Assembly (NCBI GenBank): GCA_951406725.2
Contig: OX597835.1
Location: forward strand, 34,286,001-34,350,000
Reading direction: 5' to 3'
Source of the DNA: Octopus vulgaris
Taxonomy: Eukaryota
DNA: 64,000 nucleotides
Shown: piece by piece, positions 26,348 through 40,421 of the stretch
Numbering within the stretch: position 1 is the first letter of the stretch
Layout: each line of letters starts with the position of its first letter
Position numbers and translations under genes: made by a program
Notes under the pieces: generated by a model
Databases searched by the model: none
Told to the model about the DNA's origin: nothing
The model's input: only the letters and a program-made list of their open reading frames with translations

Positions 26348-29300
26348 TTACAGATTTATGCTTAAAATAGTGTCGTCTTTCATACTGACCATTTTTGCCA
26401 CTTTTACCCACTTTTTATTAAAACATTCGTTCGACAAAGCCTTCCTCTCTATTCTCATCCTCCTTTTCAAGTGGTACTTGAAAAAGTTGACGAGAGACTG
26501 ACCAGAGAGGAAGGTGTTTTTTGCAGTCCTTTCAAACGCGTCCACCACACACATTCTTTCGCCATAGCCATCAGCGTAACAAAAACCGTTTTCCCTTCCC
26601 GTTTAAAGGAAGGTGGTGGAACAATATTCACGATAGACTCGGCCGATAGGCGAGCCCGACCTACACGTGACAACAGCTGTTCGACGAAGGACCACAGCTC
26701 TGAAATATCTGGACACTGCACGAGTGCGTGCAGAACGGTTTCGTCGCTCTGACCGCATCTCGGGCAGGTCGGTCCGGTGATGGTTTTCGAACCGTGTCTG
26801 TAGCTCTTCTCTCGAACAGGTAGTGCGTCTCGATAGCACTGCCAAGCCAGGGATTTCTGGAAGTTATCCATAGGCCCCGGCCCGAACGTCGTCCTGAACA
26901 GGCGGGTTAGGAATTTCTCGTCGACGCCCAGGTTTGCCCCGAGTGTGTCGTCGGACCTCCCCTCCACTAGTCCTCTATAGAACGCTTTAGTCGTTTGTAT
27001 GTTGCACAAGTTTGACCCCGGTCGGCAGAGCTGCTGTAGAGCTTGGCGACACTCTCGGTGCCAATCGCCCAGTTTCGGTCTCTTTTTGATCCACGTTTGC
27101 AGTTTGGTCAGTGAGACGAGCTGCGGGAAGTCGCGCCTCACAAACGGCGCCCACACCTGTTCACTGTCGTCGATAAAGTTCCAGAGATGTCGCAGTCTCA
27201 GCGCATGCCTGCGCATCATCAACCACGGCATGCCCAGTCCTCCATTCAACAAATGTTGACAGCAAATGGACTTCCTCACCATCGGAACGCCACCCTTCCA
27301 CAGGAAGCGGAAGAGTATGCGTTCCAGTTTGGTGATGGTGGCGTCGGGACAAGGTACGACGGTCAGGCGGTAATCGATGACGGATGCGATGTACGCGTTC
27401 GCCACCTCCGCCCGGCCTTTTAGAGACAGCTTTCTCTCGGCCCATGTTTGGCTGAGAGCGACCACTCTACTCGTGATCTCGTCCCAGTTCTTATCCATTT
27501 GGAGGTCCGGACTGAACCAGACCCCGAGCAATTTAACCGGTCCGTCCGTCCAGCGTCCCACTACTGAGCCGCAGTCGGACAGCATGGGCTTGCTTCTCCA
27601 GGTGCCGAGTAGCAAACCCACTGACTTTTCCGGGTTAATCTTTGCTCCCGTCACCGTTTCGTATTTTCTTAGTGTCTCTTGATGTGTTTGTCGCTCGAAA
27701 TTATGACGGTGACATCGTCCGCATATGCCGACACGCTCGTCCCGCAACCCAGTTCCCGTGGGATGCCCCTCAGTGTCGCCAGCTTCCGCAGTAGCGGCTC
27801 GAGAGTCAATACATACAGAAGCGCCGACAGGGGACACCCCTGACGGACCGAACGCGTGATGTCAAACGGTTTCGACAGGTGACCGTTCACCCGAATCACC
27901 GATCGGATGCCGCTATACAAAGCAGCGATCGAACCGCGGAAGACGGGACCGAAGCCAGCCGCCCTGAGGACGGCCGCCAAGTACCGATGGTTGACCCTAT
28001 CGAAGGCTTTAGACTGATCCAAATTTATCAGCACCCCACCCATGCCAGGATCCTTAACTACCCTGTCCACAATGTAGCGCATCAGATGGAGGTTGTCATA
28101 TATGGTTCTGCCCGGCACGGCGCATGTTTGCGCCCTGTCGACCAGTTTACCAATGACAAGCGCCAACCTCTCGGCTATTACTTTGGCCAAAATTTTCAAA
28201 TCTGCGTTGAGCAGAGTGATGGGCCTGAAATTATCTATAAAATTCCTCTTGTTTGGGTCTTTCTTCAGCAACGTCACTGCACCTCGGCTCACGAAACCGG
28301 GGATTCTCCCGTTTTGTTGCAAGTTGCAGTAGATTGATGCCAAGAGGTCGCTAAACAAGTCTGGCATTTGACAATACAGCTCGTAGGGTAAACCATCCAA
28401 TCCAGGCGACTTATCCCACGTGCAGCCCGCCATCGCATCCCACACGTCAGCGGCTGTGATGGGACTTTCACAACACTCCGCTTCTCTTGCCGAGAGCCGC
28501 GGCAGGTCGGTCAGGTAGGCACTGAAATCCATCCCGCGTTCCGACCCACCACTCGCACCAAACAGTCGAGCAAAGTGCTGTTGAAAGGCCTCACACATCC
28601 TTTCGGGTTCGAGTAAACTGCATCCCTGTTGATCTATTAGAGACCGAATGGTGGCTCTGTTGCCACGCTGCGCCTCTGCTACCCGGGCCTCTCGCGCAGC
28701 TTCGATCCCTTCGTTCCTTAAGGCACGCATTTTAGCTCTGACGACGCAACCTTCGTGCTTGGCGTTGAGGTGTTGGTCGAGGGCCATCCTCGCAGGCAGC
28801 ACGTTGGTTGCGCTGCCAGTAGTAAGTGCCTCTTCTTGTTTCTTAACCAAGTCTCCCTCTACTCTATTTCGTTCTATCGCTAATTCCTTGCTAAACCTAA
28901 TTGATTCCGATTTTATTGCCATTTTCAGGGCGTACCACCAGCGGTTGTTAACGACGGCTCCCGTCAGCGCCCTCTTAATTAACTCGCTAATCCGGTTCCT
29001 CTAAACCTGTCGCGCTAACAGCGACGTGTTCAGTTTCCAGTAACCGGGACCCTGCCTATGTGTTTTATCTAAGTCGAGCGTACACGTAACAAATTTGTGA
29101 TCTGTGTAGCTGACTATTTTAAATTATGGACATCCTACACTATCCCTATCCGCTGTCCTGCATAGAATTCTATCTAGATAAGATCTCGACGATCCGACGC
29201 GGTTTGTCCAAGTCCACGTTGGCACGTTCGGATGGTCGAGTCGGAACCTGTCAGACAAATGGAAACGTTTGAGCAGGTCTTTGAGGCTCTTACACCCCCT

Positions 29301-29786
29301 TCTATTCCTATCCCTTCCCACATAATCTAGATGCGTGTCCACGGTAGCGTTCCAATCCCCTACAAACAGTAAAGGTCTAGACGTACCCAGGAAAACCTCT
29401 AGACGTCTGAAGAAATCCGCCCGACCCGTTAAGGACGGTGTATAAACTGCCATCAGACGGAATGCACGCCCATTTCTGCAATCCACGTCCAAGACAACCA
29501 GCCTACCCTCCGGGTCTAGGAATATTGCTCTTACTTTTACATTTAGACTCTTTCGAAAAAGCACCGCGGTACCTCCACCACCCATGTTCGGCAGACAGGG
29601 AGAAAAATAAATGTCAAATTGATTGCCAAACATGGACTCGAGGGCCCGCGGCTTACTGAGTCTGGTTTCACTGATAGCTACTATATCCACATTCAGTGAC
29701 TTGATGTCGTTTAGAAGGTAACCTTGCTTCCAAGCCGACGCCAAGCCACGCGCATTCACACAACCTAATTTAAGCATACTTGACAT
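26348..29786 (-). pseudogene. LINE ORF2: AP endonuclease, reverse transcriptase and C-terminal zinc finger (two in-frame stops, frameshifts near 27680 and 26520)
   Basis: APE motifs NARGL, ISETR, GDWN, SYLDRIL and TDH. GYWKLN. RT motifs KSPGLDGL, FRPITLLN, DQSKAFDRV, RQGCPLS and YADD. C-terminal CPRC..ETVLHALVQC. Confidence 0.95.
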
Positions 29787-29843
29787 TTACGAAAATTGTG
29801 TTTTACACACTACATTAGAAGAGACAAGAGGCAAGAGGGGAGG

Positions 29844-31598
29844 TCACTTACTCATTTTAAAAGTTTCATTTTTTTCTTCTTCTTTTGTATTGTTTTTGAT
29901 GAGGTGTTTGTATAGTTTTTTCGACAGGTATCGTTGAAACCCGCCTACCGCATTCGGAAATATTGTTTTCAGTATGTGGTGTTGTGCTTGTGTTATGTGT
30001 AAAATTCTGATGTGTTTCGGTGGTGTGGTGTGCGGATGATTGTTTGTCTTAAAGTCATCTTCACAGATGACCGTGCTGGATGTGATGTAGTCCATTAATC
30101 CTTTATTGTCTGTGTCTATTGCAGTTAGTTGTGTGTGTGGTTTTACGGTTTCATTGCGTTTCTGATTGTCTAGGGGGATGTTGTCCGGATTTAGATATCT
30201 CCCTGCTTTACTTCCTTGTTTAGTGGATTTTGGGGATCTTTTCCTTTTACCCCCTGTGGCTATTTGCCATTCCGTCGAACTTTCGTCGTCCGACGTATCA
30301 GTATGGGGTAGAGGCAAAGCATTTGGGTTCATATGTATGCTTGTAGAAATTGTTGATGTTTTGTGCGGTGTTTGTGTTGTTGTGGTGTTAGGGGTAGAAT
30401 TTGTCTTCTCGTCACTGTTTTCTGTCTTTTTAATTGTCGTCCTCGGTGTGGGTGTTGGTCTATTTTTTGTTGATTCGACATGTTGAGTTGGTTGTGACGT
30501 CAACGGTGATTGTGTTGGTACTGTTTCTTTTCTTGGTGACGTTGTTGGGGTTTGTTTGCTGGTTTGTTGTTTTTCTTGGCATTGTTCCATAATTGAGTGT
30601 GTTGGCGTTGGTGTTGGCAACAAGGGTTTTTTTATTTGTTTTCTGATTTGTTCTTTCTTGTTTTTTCTGTACCAGAGCACACTTGGCAATTAAATGTTCG
30701 GTGCTGCCACAGTTGTAGCATCTAGGTTTTTTTGCCTTCTGCTATAATATATAGGCTTTGCCCATTTTCCAAATGGATCTTATCCGGTAGGCTCTTGATA
30801 GAGGCCCCCTCAATCTGTATGGTTACCACTATAGTTTTTCCATCCTAATTGTCGTTTAGGTACACGGCGGTTTCCAAAATATTGATAGTTTTCAAATGAT
30901 AACAGATTGCCCCTGTTATCCATTTGTTAGGAATCTCGGGAGGTACATTTTTAATAGTGATTCGACTCACTCTCTGATTTTTGTAGTATGGGACCATGAT
31001 GATATCATCATTTTCCAAAGACTCAGTAGAGTGAGCTTTTGCCACTTCCTGGTTAGGGAAGCGGACCACTACTGTGTTAAACTGGGGACCCCAGTTTATG
31101 TATTCTTTTTCTTTCATTATGTTTTTTAAGCATTTTTCTACATCCGTTTTTGTAATCTGTTCATTTAGTTTTTTGTTTTTTCTTATAATTTTATAAATAA
31201 TTGTCTTATTTTCTATTTCTTGCTTTATGTGTTTGAGGTGTATGTAGCACTAAATCTTGCCCTCTGGTTGTAAAGAGAGCTCTTGTTTCTAAAAGTTCTT
31301 CGTTCGTGAAATGTATAATCTGTTTCTTCTGACGCAGAGCGAAATTTGTTGGTGCTGTTAATTCTGTTATATTAACATCTTCACTATTAGATAGTTCATT
31401 TTTATTGTTGTTCTTGTTGTTGCTGTTGTTTTTGTCAATAGTTTTCGTGTGAGTTTTATTTTTATCATTTATGTTGGTCGTGGTGGTGGTGGTGGTGGTG
31501 GAGGTAGTCTCGTGGTTGCTGTTGTTAGTGGTGGTGGTGGTGGTGGTGACAGGGCTGTTACCGCACGTGGTTGCAGCGTTCATACCACCGATATTCAT
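29844..31598 (-). pseudogene. LINE ORF1 (gag-like, frameshifted) with CCHC zinc knuckle and T/P/N-rich tracts
   Basis: The minus strand at about 30680-30720 reads PRCYNCGSTEHLIAKC (CX2CX4HX4C). RITIKNVPPEI motif. Lies immediately upstream of ORF2. Confidence 0.8.
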
Positions 31599-31908
31599 GT
31601 TTGCACTTTGCGTGCGTACGTTCTTTTTTCTCCTAGCGTTTCCAAACTAGGAAAATGCTGGTCCATAAAGGAACGCGACCAGCGTTCTTACAATAAAATT
31701 TCTCGACATTTTCTAATGTCGAGAAGAAAATTACAGAAATGAAATGGGGTTGAAACTGCCCCTAGGGGCGAATTCCTCCCTTGGAAAAGCACTCAAACGA
31801 AAGTTGGGTGCCTTACACACCTTATTTGCAAAAATGTACACAAAATATGGGCTATAAATAGTCAAAATAAACGATTACCTTCGGAGCCGAACTGACATCA
31901 CGTCCGTC

Positions 31909-31990
<82 letters not shown>

Positions 31991-32028
31991 ATGATTGATT
32001 GGTAGATTGATTGATTGATAGATTGATA

Positions 32029-32389
32029 GATATGTTTCTTTATTAGCCACACAGGGCTGCACATAGACGGGACAGATTACAAAGTAGACCTCTTCCTTTG
32101 GGGGAGAGAGAAAAAAAGTGGGGTAGGTTTTCGATCAAAATGGATCGTAAAAGGGAAAGAAAAAAAAGAAAAAGAAAAAAACGATCAATAGGGATCGTAT
32201 ATCACAGAAATGTCATGATGTAAAGTAAAAGCCTACGGAAAAGACAACGGTAACCTCGATCAATAATGTTACTTGTTACCACATTTGTTTGCAAGTAGGT
32301 AACCCCCAGTTTAAGATTTGTCCGAGTTCATAAGATTATGCTCAAGGTGGCTTCGTCATTCATACGTGCCATCCTTGCTACATTCACCC

Positions 32390-32390
<1 letters not shown>
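32029..32390 (-). mobile_element. L1/Tx1-like LINE, 5'-truncated copy 4
   Basis: WVNVARMARMNDEATLSIIL followed by a 3' UTR ending AATAAAGAAACATATC. (GATA)n on both sides. Confidence 0.88.
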
Positions 32391-32448
<58 letters not shown>

Positions 32449-32510
32449 CAGACCTCTCTAAATATAATTATCACGCTCTCCTTCAGTTCACGTGTGTGTA
32501 TACATATATG

Positions 32511-32541
<31 letters not shown>

Positions 32542-32542
32542 T

Positions 32543-32604
<62 letters not shown>

Positions 32605-32611
32605 TATATAA

Positions 32612-32815
32612 CGGGCAGGTTTACGAAAATAAACAAAAGACGAAGGCAGGTGGAGTACAAACAAACAATGTATTAGTATGACGCTCAGGAATGGAAATAA
32701 AACAAATCTTTTACGTTTCGAGCCTACGTTCTTCGATAGAAAGATACACAGAAAAGAAACAAGGAGAGAAACAAGAAGAGAAAAAAATTGCGTGTAGGGG
32801 CTAACGATCCAACAT
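32612..32815 (-). mobile_element. Solo Penelope-like pLTR (family of 52360-52725) with degenerate hammerhead at 32707-32744
   Basis: Homologous to 52360-52530. Inserted in (TA)n. Confidence 0.7.
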
Positions 32816-32836
32816 GATATATATATATATATATAT

Positions 32837-32901
<65 letters not shown>

Positions 32902-33234
32902 AGGGGAGAAGGAGAGAGCGAAAGAGAGAAAGAGAGAAGGCAAGTGGGAGAGAGAGAACGGGATAAACAGAAGTCAATAGAATGTGTGTGTGTGCTTGCG
33001 TGTGTGTGTCTGTTTATATTTATCTGAATTAAATGTTTTTGTTTTTTTTCGAGTGATGCCAAATGTTTTACGTTTTCATTTTGCATTTCAATCAACACCA
33101 TTCGCGAACGCGCAAATACACACATACATACACACACGCACACGCTCAAATACACACAAACTCACAAACATTAATTTTTAATCGGCAAAATGTTACAAAA
33201 CTTATTCAAGAACTGAGACTTGCATAGCATTTAT

Positions 33235-33605
33235 CACACACACACACAACACATGCTCACACACAAACACATGCTCACACACACACACATCCTCACACAC
33301 ACACACATGCTCGCACACACATGCTCACACACACACACATGCTCAAACACACACACATGCTCAAACACACACACACATGCTCACACACACACATGCTCAC
33401 ACACACACATGCTCACACACATATACATGCTCACACACACATGCTCACACACACACACACATGCTCACACACACACACATGCTCACACACACACACATGC
33501 TCACACACACATGCTCACATACACATGCTCACACACACACATGCTCACACACACACATGCTCACGCACACACACATGCTCACACACACACACACACACTT
33601 ACACA
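33235..33605. repeat. Minisatellite with unit about (CA)4-6-TGCT
   Basis: More than 20 tandem ACACACACATGCTC-type units. Confidence 0.9.
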
Positions 33606-33936
33606 CATGAACATCGTATACTATATTATGTTTGTAGGTGCATGTATGTATGTATGTATTTATGTATGTATGTATGTATGTATGAATGTATGTATGTATG
33701 TATGTATGTATGTATGTATGTATGTATGTATGTATGTATGTATGTATGTATGTATGTATGTATGTATACGCGTTTGAGCGAGCGCGTGTTGCGTGCGTGT
33801 GTATACCAAACAGTCCGGTGAGGGAATGGTAAAAAAAAAATGGGGGCCCGATGAATATTAAGCAAGGACATACATAAAAGAGGAGGGGAGTAAGGACAAA
33901 AATAATAAAGAAGTGGGAATCAAAACGTCTAACAAG

Positions 33937-34018
33937 CATCATCATCATCATCATCATCATCATTAATATCATCATCATCATCATCATTAATATCATCATC
34001 ATCATCATCATCATTAAT

Positions 34019-34067
<49 letters not shown>

Positions 34068-34093
34068 ACATCATCATCATCATTACCATCATC
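33937..34093. repeat. (ATC)n trinucleotide repeat
   Basis: Directly visible. Confidence 0.95.
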
Positions 34094-34380
34094 AGTCAAG
34101 ACTCAAACCCCACCACTCTGCCCTAAACCCTTCCTTATCCCCACCCAATCCTTAAAGAAGAGTGGCCTGGGTATTTTTTTTCTCTTCTTTCTTTGCTTTG
34201 CTGTTCAGCATCCCTCTCCTGGTCCTTTCATAAACATCAGGCGTACATACGCACACACACACACGTACATTTATATATTGTGTGTATAATACGTACACCA
34301 GACATATATAATAACATATACAAGCATGCGTATACATACATACATACATACATACATACATACATACATACATACATACA

Positions 34381-34412
<32 letters not shown>

Positions 34413-34571
34413 CATGCTCATATATTTATCCAAGTCTTCGTGAGTTGAGACGAATTCCCGTGAGAATTTTTCTTTTGCTGTGCTGGTATTAAGCTATTAT
34501 TCAGCACCTCGTTACACACGCACGCGCTAGGTCCCGCGCGAACACAAGGGCACACGCATATACATACATAC

Positions 34572-34610
<39 letters not shown>

Positions 34611-34906
34611 CATACATTTACATACACAGATGAGTATATATATTTACATAAGCATGCGCAAAGAAGGTCTAATTCGTATAGTAGTTACATTCAAGTACAC
34701 ATTTACATATTACACACACACAAGCGTGCGAGGACGCGTGCACACATTCACACAACCACACGCTCGCATATACACAAAATGTACATACACATAAAGACAA
34801 GATACACGTGTGTGTGTGTATGTATATGTATGTATGCGTACATATAAATACAGGTACAGATATATATTCATATATATCTGTATATATATGTATATTTATA
34901 TATAAG

Positions 34907-34939
<33 letters not shown>

Positions 34940-35300
34940 TTATTTATAAGCATATATACGCGTGTATGTGTGTGTGTAGACACGCTTACCAATCAATAAA
35001 AACTCATATAGATGGTGTTTGTTCGCACATGACGCATCTATGTATGTGTAGATATAGGATAAGATGTTTATATATACATACACAGAAGGGAACACATGCT
35101 TGGATAGACTTATACATATAAATCTATGAGTAAAACGTACGTGTTTGTTTGAATGGCCATACTTCAAATCCGTTTATATAAATATATATATATATGTATA
35201 TACATGCGTGTCTGTGTGTATACAAACATATACACACGGCAACAGAGGGAGAGATAGATAGACACACCCATATATACATCTTTATGCATACACACATAGG

Positions 35301-35358
<58 letters not shown>

Positions 35359-35405
35359 CACACACACAAGCACACCCATACATACATATTTATGCATACA
35401 CACAT

Positions 35406-35920
<515 letters not shown>

Positions 35921-36140
35921 TGTATGTATGTATAAAACAAGTATACATATATATTTTATCAGAATTTAATGTATATATATATTTATATTTGTTTTGATTT
36001 AAAGATTATTTGCTTAAATACTATATGTATGTATGTATATATGTGTATGTATGCATGTATGTGCATGTATATATGTGTACATATGTGTGTACGTCCTTAT
36101 GTATGTATAAATATACCTATATACATACATATCTGTGTGT

Positions 36141-36214
<74 letters not shown>

Positions 36215-36636
36215 ATGCGTGTGTGAGTCGACTAAATTACAGTACTGCAGTATTTTCAAATTTTGAGTTTCAATTTTTGTTTTCGCAACAACTTTTTTGT
36301 TTTATAACGATTCCTATACGTAAGCGACACCTTACTGCAAGGTTGAGATGTTGTTAATACATAAAATCTTTTCAATATTGCAGCAATTTTAGGATAAATT
36401 TTATTTTATTATCAAATTATTTTCAAATTAATACACAACTCGTTTGTACAATCATCTTATCTTTTACCCTTCTACTGACTTCACTTAAGACATATAATTC
36501 ATAAAATAGGAATGTATAGAAAGTATTTTGATTGAGCACTTAGTGGGATCTGTCAGCCTTCACTTTTCAAGATGGTGTAATTTAATTGTTCATTTTGAAT
36601 TGATAAAAGGTGATTTTTTCTAATTTTTTTATATAT

Positions 36637-36684
<48 letters not shown>

Positions 36685-36977
36685 AGCGCCAGCCTATAAG
36701 CTTGTTTCCCAACCACATGTTTCTGGGTCAGTCTCCCTGCGTTGCACCTTGAGTAAGTGTATTCTGCTATAGCGTTTTTCTGTCCTTGTTTCGTATACAT
36801 TCGATCCTTTTCCCAAGAAATCTAATGCTCGTAGCTTAGTTTTTCCTTGGGGCTGGCCAGATTGGAGCAATCTCAAGACTAATCAGCCGAAATTGCCTGA
36901 AAATTAGAGGCTTCGAATGACCCGTCCGTGTTTTTTGTATCGTCTATTTGAATGTTTTGCGTTCTTGTCCCATTTTG

Positions 36978-37059
<82 letters not shown>

Positions 37060-37549
37060 AGAAACAGCTTTTCTTGTATGCATGTTTAATTAAATGTATG
37101 ACTATGTTCAAATTTTATTTTTTTATTCTAAATTTTTCGTATTTTCTTATCAAACTTTTTACAGTTGGTTTGAAACAATAGAGCTCCTATTCGTTTGTCG
37201 TTATCTTTCTTGATCATTTTAAATTTATTTTGTTTTACATTTTGTTTTTGACTTTGAGTAAATAATTAATTTTTGTATTATGATTTTCTATATCCATGAT
37301 AAAAAACTAAAAAAAAATATGAAATATGTAAAATAAATTAAATAAAACTAGAACACAGCCATGTATTTAATGCAACATATATATACATATGTATGTATAG
37401 ATGTACATATGTATATATGTATGAACATGTGTCGCTAAAGGCGTGAAATTGTTCTGAATTTTGGACGATATCTGATAAGGAAAGAACATTTTCCGTGTTC
37501 ATTTGTCGTCTTTCTGTGCAATTTTTTAATCTGTGTGTGTGTGTGTATG

Positions 37550-37611
<62 letters not shown>

Positions 37612-37617
<6 letters not shown>

Positions 37618-37825
37618 TCACACCCTTTGACAACCGATGTTGTTTTATTTCCCTCCCCGTGACTTAGCTGTTCGGCATAAGAGACCCAAAGAATAGGTAC
37701 CAGACTTTTAGAAAAAAATAAGTACAGCGGTCGATTCATTCGACTAAAAATTCTTCAAGACGGTGCCCCAGCATGGCCGCAATCCAATGACTGAAGCAAG
37801 TAAAAGATAAAAGAAAATATAAAAG
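37612..37825 (+). mobile_element. SINE family A, 3' half
   Basis: TTGACAACCGATGTTG...CAGCATGGCCGCA...GACTGAAGCAAGTAAAAGA. Confidence 0.8.
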
Positions 37826-38132
37826 ATATTGATTAATTAATCTAAATATAATGGCATCTATTTTGGAAAGGATTTGTCGAGGGATTGACGAATTAGGGAA
37901 CCAATATCCGGTATTTATCGAGAGGGAGTTAGTTTGTCCTGGAGAAACAAAATTGGAAAAGATGTCACAAGATACAATCGTGTCAACCAGGGTTAAGAGT
38001 ATTTGTATTTATTTATCAACGGGAGAAAAAATTCGATAAAGCATCAAACAAAGACATGATTCGTTCTGTATCCTCTCTGTGTAACATCAAGGTCATGTAA
38101 GTGGACATGTATTCCCCATCTCTCTCTCCCTC

Positions 38133-38189
<57 letters not shown>

Positions 38190-38192
<3 letters not shown>

Positions 38193-38654
38193 CTCCCTGA
38201 ATAGGGAGGAGCGAGCCTGTTTTCTCTCGGTAGTTGCTGTGGCGAAAGAAGTAGTATGAAAGACGAGAGTGAAAGGAATTGCAACAGGCATGTTCATCTC
38301 CTGTCTTGAGCTAATCGACTTTTTCGTTTTCCACATGAAACGGAAAATAAGGCTGGAGAAGAAATGCCTGTCGCAAAGTGTGTTTCGTAAAAGATGGAAG
38401 TATATAGAAAGTATGTTGTTTAATCGAGAATGTAAAAAAGGAGAAAGCAAAGTCTTCAGTGTGAGTATGTGGTTTGTGGGGTCGACCGCGTCCTCCGCTT
38501 CATTTTGTGTTAATCACTCATTCTCGTTTAATTGTATATATTTTAATTGTTTGTTTATTCATACGTTTCGTCTCATTCGATACCCTGACCCCAACGTTTG
38601 TTTTGTCTGTCCCCGTATTATCCCCTCTTTTTCTCAACCTTATGGTGAATAAAG

Positions 38655-38659
<5 letters not shown>
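38190..38659 (+). mobile_element. Divergent L1/Tx1-like 3' fragment between (TCTG)n and (TC)n
   Basis: VVAVAKEVV..TRVKG...LIDFFVFHMKRKIRLEKKCLSQSVFRKRW is homologous to the Tx1 ORF2 C-terminus. Ends AATAAAGAAATA followed by (CT)n. Confidence 0.8.
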
Positions 38660-38709
<50 letters not shown>

Positions 38710-38734
38710 GTGTGCGCCGCCTATTAATGAGTAT

Positions 38735-39475
38735 GTCTTATCTTTTACCTTTTGCTTCAGCCAGGGGACTGCGGTCATGCTGGAGCACCATCTTGAAGAG
38801 TTTCAGCCGAAAAAAATATCATCCCCACTACATATTTGTTTTAAGTCCAGAACTTGCTCTCTTAGTTTCTAGCGTCGAACCGCTAAGTTATGGAGACATA
38901 AACCAACCGACACTGGTTGTCAAGCGATGGGGGAAACAAATTCCAAACACAAATACATATATACATACACACACAAATGTACATGTATGTATTTATATGT
39001 ACGTGTGTGTGTGTGTGTGTGTGTGTGTATACATATGTATATTTATTTTTATAAGTGCAGGCATGGCTGTGTGGTAAGAAGCTTGCTTCCCAACCACATG
39101 GTTTCGGGTTCATTCCCAGTGCGTGGAACCTTGGGCAAGTGTCTTCTACTATAGCCTCGGGCTGACCAAATCCTTGTGAGTGGACTTGGTTGACGGAAAC
39201 TGAAAGAAGCCTGTCGTATATATATATGTGTGTGTGTGTGTGTATGTATGTGTGTATGTACGTTTGCGTGCCTGTGTTTGTCCCCCCCCCCCGTCATCGC
39301 CTGGCAACCGATGTTGGTGTTTTTACATCCCCGTAACTTAGCAGATGGGCAAAAGCGATCGATAGAATAAGTACTAGGCTTACAAAGAATAAATCCTAGG
39401 GTCGATTTGTTCGACTAAAAGGCAGTGCTCCAGCATGGCCGCAGTCAGATGACTGAAACAAAGGAAAATAAGAAT

Positions 39476-39522
<47 letters not shown>

Positions 39523-39528
39523 CACATA

Positions 39529-39569
<41 letters not shown>

Positions 39570-39770
39570 CTATATATCTATATATATATACATATATATA
39601 TATAGATATATAGATATGTATACACGATGGACTTCCACACAGTTTTCGTTCACCAAATCCACTCATAAGGCTCTATTGTAGAAGACCCTTGCCCAAGGTA
39701 CGTGTCGTGCAGTGAGACTGAACCCGAAACCATATGGTTGTAGAAGAAGCTTCTTAACCACCTAGCCATG
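38735..39770. mobile_element. Nested SINE family A: plus-strand copy 39054-39472 inside the central microsatellite of an older minus-strand copy (38735-38945 and 39620-39770)
   Basis: The 3' and 5' halves of the minus copy flank a complete plus copy. Confidence 0.75.
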
Positions 39771-40054
39771 AGGTTTACAAAAGTTGGATCTACATAGCTA
39801 CTGGGACCCCCACGTATACACACTTGGACAAATATATACACAAACACAGACACAGACACACACATAAACATACAAACAAGTAAGCAAACAAACAAACATT
39901 AATGCGTGTATGTTGTATGTATGTCTTCGCGTATGATGTCACGTAAAATGGCTGCCAATTCGAGCAGCAAAGACCGCCAAATGGCTTGGCCTCTGTAATC
40001 TATAGTTGCAACACCCATTACGTTGTTCCGCTAAACTTGTAGCTGATAACACCT

Positions 40055-40400
40055 CCCCACCACCACCACCATCATCACTACCACCACCACCACCATCACC
40101 ACCACCACCATCATCACTACCACCACCACCACCACCACCACCATCACCACCATCACCATCACCACCACCACCACCATCACCACCACCATCATCATCACCA
40201 CCACCACCATCACCATCACCATCATCACCACCACCATCACCACCACCACCATCATCACCACCCACCACCACAAACACCACCACCATCATCACCACCACCA
40301 TCATCACCACCACCACCATCACCACAACCACCATCCTCATCGCCACCACTACCATCACCACCACCACCATCTTCATCACCACCACCACCACCTCCACCAT
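40055..40400. repeat. (CAC/CAT)n trinucleotide repeat
   Basis: Directly visible. Gives spurious poly-P/T/G ORFs. Confidence 0.95.
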
Positions 40401-40421
40401 AATGCTTTGTCCTTAAGTGTA

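Larger units (their letters stand above)
26042..31908 (-). mobile_element. Full-length (about 5.9 kb) L1/Tx1-like non-LTR retrotransposon, inactivated
   Basis: 5' UTR, ORF1 with CCHC knuckle, ORF2 with APE-RT-zf, and 3' UTR. Bounded by (GATA)n at the 5' side and GACA/GATT repeats at the 3' side. Confidence 0.92.

Noticed and set aside
33235-33605. Regularly spaced repeats suggestive of a CRISPR array
   Set aside because: No unique spacers, no cas genes, and a eukaryotic context. This is a minisatellite.
39939-40416. Poly-Pro/extensin-like and Gly/Asp-rich ORFs
   Set aside because: Translations of a (CAC/CAT)n repeat.
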